Both the position numbers and the translations under genes were made by a program. From Geosiphon pyriformis uo1 (taxonomy: Eukaryota; Fungi; Glomeromycota), in the NCBI GenBank assembly GCA_016748015.1, contig JAAOMT010000193.1:1-64000 (forward strand): a stretch of 64,000 bases of DNA. Direction: 5' to 3'. The notes under the pieces were generated by a model. That model was given only the letters and a program-made list of their open reading frames with translations. It was not told the origin of the DNA and did no database searches. Numbering within the stretch: the first letter of the stretch is position 1; each line of letters opens with the position of its first letter. Below are positions 1 to 11,558 of the stretch, one piece after another.

Positions 1-12
1 TTAAAAAAAAAG

Positions 13-65
<53 letters not shown>

Positions 66-557
66 AAATAAAGAAAATAAGCCGAGGTGATTTTGATTCA
101 TATCCTGTCAATAGCCATGATTAAAAGCTATTGTTCCAGTATGGTTAAGTATGTGCTATTATCAACATAAAATCTTGATAGTTGGGAAGAGATTTGAGAT
201 AGTGAATAATTATTTATTTGATATTTGTGATGTAGAAGGTTGCTTAGAGAAATCTAAACTTTTGAGGTCTGTCTTTTCAGCTTCTAATCCTACTGCTATA
301 TATACATAATTGAGATTCCTCAATTTCTCAATTCCTTGCAACAGGAATCTTGGAATTCCTGAAATCTTGCAATTCCTGATGAGAAGAATTCTGGAATTCT
401 GGAATCCTGTAATTCTTCATCAAAGAATCCTGAAATTCCTGGAATCCTCCAATTTCTCTAAGAGGAATCCTGAAATTCCATATTTACTACGTCTTCATCT
501 GATTGGCTAATATCTACTAATTAATAATACTATATTTTCTATATTCTATGAGTAACA
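1..557 (-). mobile_element. LTR (family A) of a reversed Ty3/Gypsy element or solo LTR, running off the left window edge
   Basis: Reverse complement of 905-~1420. The terminus reads TGTTACTCATAG on the minus strand at 557. It has the same CCAAT box, GGAATTCC-type repeats and TATA-like TATATATAGC as the other family A LTRs. Confidence 0.9.
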
Positions 558-904
558 CTGTCAATAGCCATAATCAAGAGTTATTGTTCCTGTATGTTTT
601 AAGTATCAATTACTATCACCATTTAGGGTTGATAGCAAACAACTGGATTTAAGATGCTGAATAAGTATATTTATTGATATTTTGGAATACTATGGTTTCT
701 AACTGGGAAATAGTAACTAAGGAATTTCTTTTTTCTTTTTCCTTTTTCTTTTTTTCTGCCTCTAATGCTACTGCTATATATATGTATTTTCTAGTTTTAC
801 AGGATTGCTTTGGATCGTCTGTTCTTGCTAGCTATTGCTTCATTTTTCTTATGTTATAACTAATTATCCTATGTTATAACACATTATCTGACATTATTAC
901 ACAT
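558..904 (-). mobile_element. Inverted middle segment of E2's 5' LTR (family B)
   Basis: Reverse complement aligns with ~41804-42151 of the intact family B LTR. Its end (...GGCTATTGACAG) joins the family B piece that resumes at 11095. Confidence 0.85.
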
Positions 905-1799
905 TGTTACTTATAGAATATAAGAAATATAGTATTATTAGTTAGTAGATATTAGCCAATCAGATGAAGACGTAGTAAATGTGGAATTTCAGGATTTCTC
1001 TCAGAGGAATTGCAGAATTCCAGGAATTTTAGGATTCTCCAATGAGAAATTCCAGAATTCCAGAATTCCAGGATTCCTCTCATCAGAAATCACAGGATTT
1101 CAAGAATTCTAGAATTTCTGTTGCAAGAAATTGAGAAATTGAGGAATCTTAATTATGTATATATAGCAGTAAGATTAGAAGCTGAAAAAACAGATCTTGG
1201 AAGTTTAGATTTCTCTAAGCAATCTTCCACATTACAAATATCAAATAAATAATTATTCACTATCTCAAATCTCTTCCCAACTATCAACATTTCATGTTGA
1301 TAATAGCACATACTTAACCATACTGGAACAATAACTTTTAATCACAGCTATTAACAGGATACGAATCAAAATCACCTCGGCTTATTTTCTTTATTTCATT
1401 TTTTTTTTTCATTTTTTTTTTCTTTTCTTGTGTTGTTTTGTTGTTGTATACTAATTGATTAAGGATTAGAAGCACTGAGTTATTGACGTCATAAATAGCC
1501 TGATAAAAGACCCAGAAATAAGGGTAGAATTTTATATATTATCAGATAGCTTACCAGAAAGGCATGACTGCCAGACTAAATCTGGCCTCCATGTTGAGAA
1601 AAAAATTGAACAGAATTGCGATTCCAAAGACTATTACAAATACAGTCAAATCTCTGTTCATTATACAAAGAACTCCACCAAAACCTTTCAGATCGCATAA
1701 GACCTTCAGATTACCAACATTAACAGAAATCAATAGCTTTTGAGCACCAAGTTACAGGTTTGTTATTTATTCTCACACCAAAAATAATCACTTGTAACA
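905..1799 (+). repeat. E1 5' LTR (family A)
   Basis: TG...CA termini, direct repeat of 10208-11094, AGCCAATCAG (CCAAT box) at ~955 and TATATATAGC at ~1159. Confidence 0.95.
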
Positions 1800-1818
1800 T
1801 TTGGTGCTTTCTGTAAGG
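1800..1818 (+). promoter_or_regulatory. Primer binding site (tRNA 3'-end complement; consensus TGGTGCTCYCTGTGAGG)
   Basis: TGG starts 2 nt after the LTR end. The same motif occurs at 11497-11515 (+), 30423-30441 (-) and ~37383-37400 (-). Confidence 0.85.
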
Positions 1819-1861
1819 TATAATCCTACAGAGAACCAGCACCAACAAACACCATCTAAAA

Positions 1862-4800
1862 GTGGCAGAATTAGAAAACATAGGAGTAAACCATTTAAGA
1901 TTCATGAAATCTCTATTTCAACACTATTGTCAACACTTGGAATTAAACCACAATCATATATCCGCCGAATCAGCCTTTAATTTCTACATTAATAAAAAGA
2001 TTTTTTCTTTGTTAGGAACATCAGTGAATACTAAAGCAGCCAGAAAAACTTTCTACAGAGAATTAATTCAAAATACCAACCTGCCAACAAATCACAATTT
2101 TGTCTCTATCATTACTAAAATCAACAAAGAAATTGAACATCATACCCAACAAAGGTATCCAATTACTTACGTCAGTAAAGGCAAAGAAAAACTACAAACA
2201 CTAGCAATAACACCCAAAAAGATACAACTACCCACTTGGAAGAAAACAAGAGTTGAATCACCAACTGTGCTATCCTATTACTACACACTGGAAAGCACCA
2301 TCAATATAATATCAGCAAGCATGTCCACATCAAATGCAACATTAATATTTGGACAATTTTCATTCCAAAGTAAACAAAAAAAAACAGAGTTATTAGGACC
2401 ATATGGCAAATATTTTGAAGGATTTAAATTGTGATCACTGATACCATCAGGAATTTGATCACTGCCACCTCAACCAGACTTTGGAACCACTACCTCATGG
2501 GAATTATCTGAAGAAGAAGAGGAAAAAGAATCAAAAGATTAAGAATTTACTTACCAAAACCCAATCACTGAAACCTGGAAGTTGAAACCCCAAATCTTCA
2601 AACTTAACAAAATCTAAATCTAGAAAATTCGGAAATAGAAACTCCAAATCATCAAAGGCAGAACAATTCAAACCCCGAATTAATTAATTAGCAAAACTTA
2701 TCTCCAGTAATCATCATCAATCAACCACCAATTAATCCAATAGCCGAATCCATACAGCAGCCACTTTAACTACCACTCCAACAACCAGTACCACAACAAC
2801 CACTTCAACAGCCCCAGCAATTTATAGTACCAATAGTCTATGCACCAATTGCCAAATTAGAAAAATTCACTGGTTAAGAGAATGATGCTCAAGCTTGGTT
2901 GAATAATGTCACTAAAGCAATCATGGCAAACAATTGGAATGATGGCAGAGCTCTTTAGGCAATCCCATATTTCTTCCAAGATACCGTGGATTCGTGGTAC
3001 CAAAGCTTAGCTACAAAACCTCAAACATTTGACACATTTAAGCAGGAGTTTCTAAAATATTTTAGTAATAATAACAGTATCAACTGTTTGGTAAATACTT
3101 TTACTACCATCAAACAAGGGAACACTGAAGCCATTACCACGTACTTGGGACAATTCCATAGATGCCTGCGCCAGATCCAAGCTATCAATGCTGATTATTT
3201 CACAGTGGCCCAAATTTTAAATCAGTTTATCAAAGACTTATACAGTAGTATTCTCCAGCGCATATGTCCACTACATCCAGCAGATTTACAAACAGCCATC
3301 ACTAATGCCAAAAATTTTGAAGCAGCTGAACTCGAAGCTAACCATGCCCAAGCTATTAATCTAGTAATAAATAGATCATCTGAATTGGATTCTAAATTGA
3401 AACAATTCAGTGATTTCATCAATCAAAAATTAGAGGGATACTTAGCTGACAATTGAGCAATCTATCAACCGCCACAATAATACAACAATCAGGGAAACTT
3501 TAGTCATGTCCAAAATCAACCACATCCATCATTTTCAGCCAATCAACAGTGGCTACAAGAAATGCATGTTTGCCACTATTGTGATAAACAAGAACACATA
3601 CAAGTCAATTGCCACCAGCATTTAAATAACCAATGATTGGGAAATCAATATTGAAACCCCAATCACTGGTTCCCAGCTCTGAGTTCTCAGCAAAATTAAG
3701 AACAATACCAATACTTACCTCATTATGTACCAATGACACAGCAATCAATTTATCAGCCTCTGATATATCAAGCTCAAATTTATCAACCACAGCCACAAGT
3801 AATTTATCAACAACCACAACCACCAATAATCTATTAACCCCAACAAATTCAAACACCACCCCAAAACTTACCACCCAATGGAACACAAAGACCAAGAATG
3901 GTTCAACAGAGCTAGAGATCGGCAATGGTAGTTCATTAGCCAATTCCCAGTTCTTCACAGCAACTATCTGGATTATGCCAGTGGAATTTGGGTACTGGTC
4001 AACCCCAAAACCTGAATTTCCAGAACTATTTAAGTCTTCTGATTACCCCAGAAAACACCTCAGCCAATAACCTGGAATCCACCCAAAAACAACTACTCAC
4101 CAGTAATATCCTACCTGCTACTATCACCGAAGATGAGTTCTTGACTGCTATCTTCCCATTCAAATTTGAGAAAACAACTGCAATGCTGTTATTTAGTGGA
4201 GCTGCTCTTGAAGCCAAACCAATTACTGTAATGTACACGGATGCCAAAGTTGATGGACAATCTATCAAATTGATCTTTGACAGTGGTTCAGCAGGTAGCA
4301 TTATCACACAACAACTTATGGACCAATTAGGTCACCGAGTTGATCTTGCTGCTAGCGCCAGAATCATCACAGCCAATGAAGTAACCAAAATGCCTATCGG
4401 CGAGATAGATGAATTCCCATTTGAAGTCAATGGCATTATCACTTCCATCAAAGTCTTAGTGATGGAAGCCACCCAATACCAAGCTTTAGTTAGTAATGAC
4501 TGGCTGTCCAAAACCAACATCATTCTGGACTGGATGATGCAAGAGCTCCAACTAAGCATCAATGGTCAACACACACATGTGCCAACCACATGTGGCCACT
4601 TCAAGATTCTGTTAAGAGAGGAACTATTGATAAAGCTGAAGGAAGAAAAAAGAAGCCTATTTGAGAAGCTTACCAAATTTCGTGGACCGACAACGACCAC
4701 AATAAATTGCCACTCATACTCTCATGGAACGACAAAGGAAAGAGGAAAGAAAAAGAAGAACTTACCTGGGGAACAAACCAAGGATTATGAAGTAATGACA

Positions 4801-7800
4801 GCCAAAGTGAACTAGCCACTGAATGAAGTTGGAAAGAAAAGAGGAAAGGAAAAGAACAGGAAGAGGAACCAAAACAAACCACCTCCTCCACTCATATTCT
4901 ATATGTGACACTATCTCAAAATGCTTATTGTTGACCCAAACTTGTATGTGTCAGTTGTGGCAAGAAACTGTCAACAATGGGCGCATGCTGTAGTAAGAAC
5001 AAAGAATAGATGACAGCAACCAAGTACTATTGTTACCCATGCATTCTTGAATGCGATGGACAACTGCCAAAAATAGGAAAATGGGATGGTACTTTGTGTT
5101 TAGCTTGTGAAGATATCCTCTTAGATGAAGGGATGTGGAAAAACATTCCTGGAAGAGGAGGAGCATGCAATGAGACATGCCAATACACTATCCTGATCAA
5201 CAACTGGGTATGAAAAGAAACTCCCATTGACAATGTCTGGAAGCAAGCATTAAGATGTCTAGAAGGATACTCACATGACAAAGATAAGATCTAGAGAATA
5301 GCATATGCTATGTCAGAAGGTGCTACAACAGAGGAGCTGAGAGAAATTAAAAACAACCTACTATCCCTACCTGAGCCCGAATATGTCCAAATCTTTGATG
5401 TTTTTGGCAACATCGAAGACGAATTAGAGAAATTTCATGAGCACTCCCAGCAACTAGCATTCACAAAAGAAGAACAAGAAGAGTGTTTAGCACAGCTAAA
5501 CACCTAGCTATGTGACTACTGTTTAATTCCATATGACTTTTAATATTGTAATGAGTATAACCTCATTTACAATCCACCACCATGCATGATCTACATGATC
5601 CCTGAAGAGAAAGAACCAATTAGTAATTGCACATCAGAATCAGAATTGCCAATCAATTACAATTCAAACTCTGACAATGATGACGACAACAACAGTTTAA
5701 GCTCCATTCAAAATGGCAATAACAATGACAATAATTCCAACTCTGATCCAAACTCTGATACAAACTACAAACAATATATTGCACTACCAAATCTTTCTAA
5801 GGAGCAGAAGTTGAAATAGTATAGTGACAATGGGGAAGGTATTATGTTAGAATGCGTGCATGATACTGATGCAGAGTTTGATCTGAGATATCCAGAAAAA
5901 GATGCTATTAAATTGAAGCCAAATGCACGAGTATGCATTGATCTGAGAATAGCTCTAGAGATCCCAGCAACAATCATGGTTCTGTTAGCATTTAGAAGTA
6001 GTTTAGCAAAAAAAGGAATTAATATTAAAGGGGGAATAGTGGATGCAGAATATACAGAAAATATCAGTGCCATGTTACAAAATAACTCAGAAAAGGCTTA
6101 TACCATTGAGCCAAATGAAAAGATAGCACAGGCAATATTTCTGCCACTAGTTAAAGTAGCTAACTTAATGTCAGTGAGAACAAGGGAAAAATTAAAGATA
6201 ACAGCAAGAGGGATACAAGGATTTGGATCAATGGGTAAAATAGATGTACCAGTTAATATGGTGGAGGAAAAAATTGTTGGTCAAGGAAAAATTATCTCAA
6301 CTGGTCAAGCTATTTCCATTCCACCATATAGCCAGTACATGCTAGCAATAGAAAAAAAGGAAAAAGAACAGCATCAGATTTTTGAAGCAGAACTGACCCT
6401 TTGTAAATCAGGAGAGATTAAACTCATCAATCTCCACATACCAGCCAAAAATTACAGCCACATCAAAATTCCCATCTACAACAACACAGGAAATGTCATA
6501 GTAATACCAGCCAGAACCACCATGGGATACTTAAACACTAAAATAGAGGATCAACCACCAAACCCCATTCCAGACTTTCCACAGCTTTGTGAATATGTCG
6601 ACATTACATCACAAACAATCTATGGACGAGATAAATGTTATTTGCTCTAACTAAAACAATTAGAACAAATGAACATAAGAAATCTAGACCCACTACAATG
6701 TATGCAGCTCAAGATGTTACTCAACAATTTCAATGACATCTTTGCCAGTGAAAACAAATTTGGCAGAACTGACATCATCCAACATCAAATCAAGACTGGA
6801 GATGCAATGCCAATCAAACAGCAAGCATACAGAGTACCACCAGCCAGCCATAAAATCATCTGTTCAAGAGAGTAACCGAATGCTTGACAATGAGTTAATT
6901 CAGCTATCAATAAGTCCATGGTTGTCACCAGTAGTACTTGTCCATAAGAAGAATGGAAAGATCCGATTTTGTGTAGACTACAGAAAACTAAATAGTGTAA
7001 TTTGTGGAGACAACTATCCAACTCCACGAATACAAGAACTATTCGATGCTTTTGGTGGAAACAAATAGTTTTCAATGTTAGACTTAGATAGTGGTTACTG
7101 ACAAGTAGCCATGGATCCAGCCAACAAAGAAAAAATAGCATTCACCATAAAAGAGAGAAACTTTGAGTTTGAAGTTATGCTATTTGGCTTAACCAATGCA
7201 CCAGCCACTTTCCAATGGCTAATAGAAATTGTTTATACTGGCTTATTGTGGAAATCAGTAGTTGTATACTTGGACGACACCAATGTATTCTCAAAAACAT
7301 TTGATGATCATCTTTATCATCTTCAACAAGTGTTTGAAAGACTAAGAAGAGCAGAACTAAAGTTAAATGCAACAAAGTGCTTCTTTGACAAGACAGAACT
7401 AAAATTTTTGGAACACATAGTCAGCAAAGATGGCATCAAAATGGATCCAGAGAAAATAGAGATAGTAAAGAACTTTTCAGTACTGACCAATATGACAGAA
7501 CTGAAATCATTCTTAGGATTTGCCAGCTACTATTGACATTTTATCAAGAACTTTTCCAAGATAGTGCAGCCACTTAACCAACTGCAAACCAAGAATACAA
7601 AATATAAATGGACAGAAAGTCAATAAGAAGCTTTTGATATTCTGAAAAGAAAGCTCATTCAAGCTCCAGTATTGATCTATCCAGATTACAGCAAACCATT
7701 TATCATCACCACTGATGCATCCGGCCAAGCATTAGGAGCAGTACTATCTCAGAAAAGACCAGACAGCAGAGAACATCCAGTAGCATATGCCAGCAGAGGT

Positions 7801-8070
7801 TTAACACCAGCCGAAAAAAACTATGGAACACCAGAACAAGAACACTTAGTAATATACTGGGCAGTTATGAAATGGAAAGAATACTTGAGCCAGAAGTTTG
7901 AAGTATACACAGATCACAAAGATTTAACATCACTCCAAAAACAAGAATTTGGAGATAAAAAACAGTCAAGATGGAAAATGGCACTCGCATTATATAATTA
8001 TACTATACATTATAAAAAAGAAAAAGACAACGGAAATGCTGATGGTTTATCACAAATGAGACAAATCTAA
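1862..8070 (+). pseudogene. E1 Gag-Pol-like polyprotein (N-extension, capsid, CCHC knuckle, aspartic protease, Cys-rich region, dUTPase, RT, RNase H), disrupted
   Basis: Capsid-like SWYQSL...EFLKYFS; knuckle CHYCDKQEHIQVNC at ~3571; protease LIFDSGSAGS; RT RFCVDYRKLN, FGLTNAPATFQ, VYLDD; RNase H TDASG...YASRGLTPAEKNY. Stops are mainly transition-type (CAA/CAG/CGA/TGG to stop). Confidence 0.92.
5844..6240 (+). pseudogene. dut: dUTPase domain of E1
   Basis: Trimeric dUTPase motifs: DA(E/G)FDL, RSSLAKKG, GGIVDA(E/G)Y, EKIAQ, RGIQGFGS(M/T)G. Confidence 0.9.
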
Positions 8071-8131
8071 GGACATTTCAACCCAAAAATATAACAAAAC
8101 CAAAACAATACTTACAAAAATATAACAAAAG

Positions 8132-9508
8132 ATGAACACACAAAAATATCAACAACTTCAACATTATATAGATACTTAACAGTTCAAGGAGAAATTATCT
8201 CAACCAGAACAAAAGAAAATCAAACAACAATCCAAATATTTTATCATCCACCAAAATATACTTTATCAGAAAAATAGAAAAGATTCAAATTAGCCAACCA
8301 GAGTAATTACAGAACCAGAAAAGGAAACAATACTGTTCAACATACATTCAGATCCAACTGCAGGACATTTTCATAAAGAAGCAATCATGGAAAGAACCAA
8401 AAAGAGATATTATTGGTCATCAATGTATCCAGACATCATACAATATGTACAAAATTGTGATGCTTGTCAAAAAAGAGGAGAAACAAGACCCAGCAAACCA
8501 TTGAGACCAATCAAAATGGGACAACTATTTAACCACATTGGAATCAATTTAGTTGGACCATTGACAATTACCAGCAAAGGCAACAGATATATTGCAGTAA
8601 CCATGGACTACCTTACAAAATGGCCAGAAGCAAAAGCAATTCAAAAAGTGGATGCAGAATCTGTTGTCGAATTCGTCCATCAAGATTTGATTTGTCAATA
8701 TGGATGTCCAAAAGAACTATTATCAGACCAAAGAACCCATTTTGTGAATAGAACATTAGCAAAACTAAGCCAAAGATTCGGAATTAAGAGACCACAATCA
8801 TCACCATACCATTCACAAACCAATGGATTAGTTGAAAGATTTAATAGAACATTGTGTAAAGCAATAGTAAAACTCAGCCAAGAAAACCAAGATGAATGGG
8901 ATTTGTTTATACCATTCATACTATTGGCTTATCGGACAATGAAGCAAGACACTACACAAACAACACCATTTGAATTAGTATATAGTAGAACAGCAACACT
9001 ACCAGTCGAGATAGAAGTCAACACTTATCCAACAGAACCAATAACTGTAGACAATTTTCAGAAAACATTACTAAGAAAAACATATGAATTGATGGAAACT
9101 CTAAAAAACAAGTGACGAAGAGCAGCTGATAACATTAAAAAGGCACAAGAAAAACAAAAAGAAAGGCATGATAACCAACTACCAGACAAACCAGTTGAAT
9201 TCAAGATTGGAGACAAAGTACCTTTACATCATACTAAAGCGGAAAACCAATGGAGTGGGAAATTTGACTCCAAATGGGATAGACCATTTTACATAGAAGA
9301 AATTCTAGGAAATGGAGCTTACAAATTAAGACTGGACAACAGAATCTTAGCCAAAGCAGCACATGGTGATTGATTGAAACCATATTACCAGATAGCATTA
9401 GCATCTACCAATAACATTCCACAACTGGAAGTACAAAGAATACTAGTTCAACCAGATAAGATTCCACAAGACTGGGAACCAATCATAATCATTAGACCAA
9501 ACACATAA
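8132..9508 (+). pseudogene. E1 integrase, separate ORF
   Basis: ATG 61 nt after the RNase H stop. HHCC zinc domain (H-SDPTAGH...CDAC), DDE core (DLVGPL-like, SDQRTHF, NGLVERFN) and GPF/Y-type C-terminus (KWD.PF). Confidence 0.9.
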
Positions 9509-9510
9509 AA

Positions 9511-10194
9511 TTGAACAACAAAAGAGTATATAAAGACATAGTCAACACGACAAAAGATACCAGAAAAATGGAAATAACCAACAACATCCACTCACTAGCA
9601 CAACAACTCTTTCAATTGATCCAACACCAAGAAATGGAAATTACAATCAATCAACAAACCATTCGTTACAAAAATATGGCAAAGATACCACAACACAAAG
9701 CACAGAAAAGACTTGAAAATGTTGTTAACAAGATCATGACCAAGATAAAATTGGCCATAAATAAACAACAAATAGTCAGATTATACCAAGACCTTACCAG
9801 AGAAACTTAGACTTGGTGGATACAACAATTTCTGAAAAACTATTGTCATTTCTACTTGGGACAACACATAAATATCCAGAATTTGTACACCGACAAAACA
9901 AAACAGTTATTTGACACAACAATGAGACAACTGGAACAATTTGTGGAAAAGAACAATCTAACCACACAAGCTCAAGCCATCTACTGGCTATATATGGAAT
10001 TTTAGAATCGACCAGAAATCTTACTCAACACAGCCATGGATACAATTACAAGTAATCAATTGGGAAAAATGACCAATGCCCAATTTGAAGAACTACAAAC
10101 TAAAATAACACAAATTATACTTGAAAAAGAAGTTCAAGAAATAATTTAAGAAGGGGAATTAAAGAAATTAGATTTCGACAGAGCTCAATATTAA
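9511..10194 (+). pseudogene. E1 ORF3, unknown ~220-aa protein between IN and PPT
   Basis: Homologous to the intact ORF at 21734-22393(-). Ends ...DFDRAQY-TAA directly at the PPT. Confidence 0.8.
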
Positions 10195-10207
10195 AAGAAG
10201 GGAATAA

Positions 10208-11094
10208 TGTTACTCATAGAATATAAAAAATATAATATTATTAGTCAGTAGATATTAGCCAATCAGATGAAGATGTAGTAAATGTGGAATTCCAGGATTC
10301 CTCTTATAGGAATTGCAAAATTCCAGGAATTTCAGGATTCTCTGACAAGAAATCGCAGGATTCCAGAATTTCAGAATTCCTCTCATCAGGAATTGCAAGA
10401 TTCCAGGAATTCCAGGATTTCTGTTGCAAGGAATTGAGAAATTGAGGAATCTCAATTATGTATATATAGCAGTAGGATTAGAAGCTGAAAAGACAGACCT
10501 CGGAAGTTTAGATTTCTCTAAGCAATCTTTCACATCACAAATATCAAATAAATAATTATTCACTATCTCAAATTCCTTCTCAACTATCAACATTTCATGT
10601 TAATAATAGCACATACTTAACCATACTGGAACAATAGCTTTTAATCACAGCTATTGATGGGATACAAATCAAAATTGTCTTGGCTTATTTTCTTTATTTC
10701 ATTTTTTTTTTTCTTTTTTTTCTTTGTGTTGTTTTGTTGTTGTATACTAATTAATTAAGGATTAGAAGTGTTGAGTTATTGATATCATGGATAGCCTGGT
10801 AAAAACCCAAAAATAAGGGTAAAATTTTATATATTATCGGATAGCTTACCAGAAGGGCACAACTGCCAGACTAAATCCAGCCTCCACGCTGAGAAAGAAA
10901 TTGGACGGAATTGTGATTCTGAAGATTATTACAAATACAGTTGAATTTCTGTTCATTATACAAAGAACTTCATCAAAACCCTTCAGATTACATAAAATCT
11001 TCAGATTACCAACATTAACAGAAATCAATAGCTTTTGAACACCAAGTTACGAGTTTGTTATTTATTCTCACACCAGAAATAATCACTTGTAACA
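10208..11094 (+). repeat. E1 3' LTR (family A)
   Basis: Direct repeat of 905-1799, preceded by the purine tract AAAAGAAGGGAATAA. Confidence 0.95.
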
Positions 11095-11558
11095 ATGAGA
11101 TACTAATTTACATTGTCTTGGCTTATTGTCTCTATTTTCTTTATCTCTTTTATTTTTTGTCTTTATTTTGTTGGGTATACTAAGTGATTGAAGATTAAAG
11201 TGCTAAGTATTGACATTAAGAATTGCCTGGTAAAAAACCTCTATGAGTAAGTAGAATGCATATGAATTACAAATTGCTTAGAGGATTGCTGGCCACTATG
11301 CTGAGAAAAAAATTAACGGAATTGTGATTCCGGGAAGCTATGGAAAAAATAACATGAGAATCTCTGTCCATTATACAAAAAACTTTAATCAAAACTTTCC
11401 GATTAAAACACCTTCAGACATTACTAACATCATCAATTAAGCACCAAGTTACAGGTTTGTTATTTGCTTTGAGATCCCAAATAATCACCTGTAATATTTG
11501 GTGCTTCCTGTGAGGTATAATTCTACAAAGAACCAGTATCAACAACAATTATCCAAAA

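Larger units (their letters stand above)
905..11094 (+). mobile_element. E1: full-length degenerate Ty3/Gypsy LTR retrotransposon with dUTPase
   Basis: Direct LTRs at 905-1799 and 10208-11094 (TGTTAC...GTAACA), PBS at 1800, PPT at 10192-10207. Gag, PR, dUTPase, RT (YLDD), RNase H and IN occur in Gypsy order, with many stop codons. Confidence 0.95.

Noticed and set aside
3-63. Long poly-A run as a retroposon tail
   Set aside because: It maps to the A/T homopolymer tract inside the family A LTR (compare 1398-1420). It is a tract expansion or sequencing artefact.
320-480. GGAATTCC/GGAATCC repeats as a CRISPR array, and the recurring MRFLNFSIPCNRN ORFs
   Set aside because: Units are 8-9 nt, degenerate and lack unique spacers. 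They are LTR U3 repeats in eukaryotic DNA, and the ORFs are antisense by-products.
3605-4070. Ser/Thr-rich ORFs (SNLSTTAT...) and their antisense Val/Ala-rich ORFs (also 13343, 28423, 35308-35716)
   Set aside because: Shadow frames of the Gln/Pro-rich IYQP linker between the zinc knuckle and protease. The true frame is broken by CAA/CAG-to-stop transitions while the alternative frames stay open.
9511-10194. ORF3 as an env gene or chromodomain
   Set aside because: No signal peptide, transmembrane segment, furin site or chromodomain aromatic pattern is visible. Kept as an unknown ORF instead.
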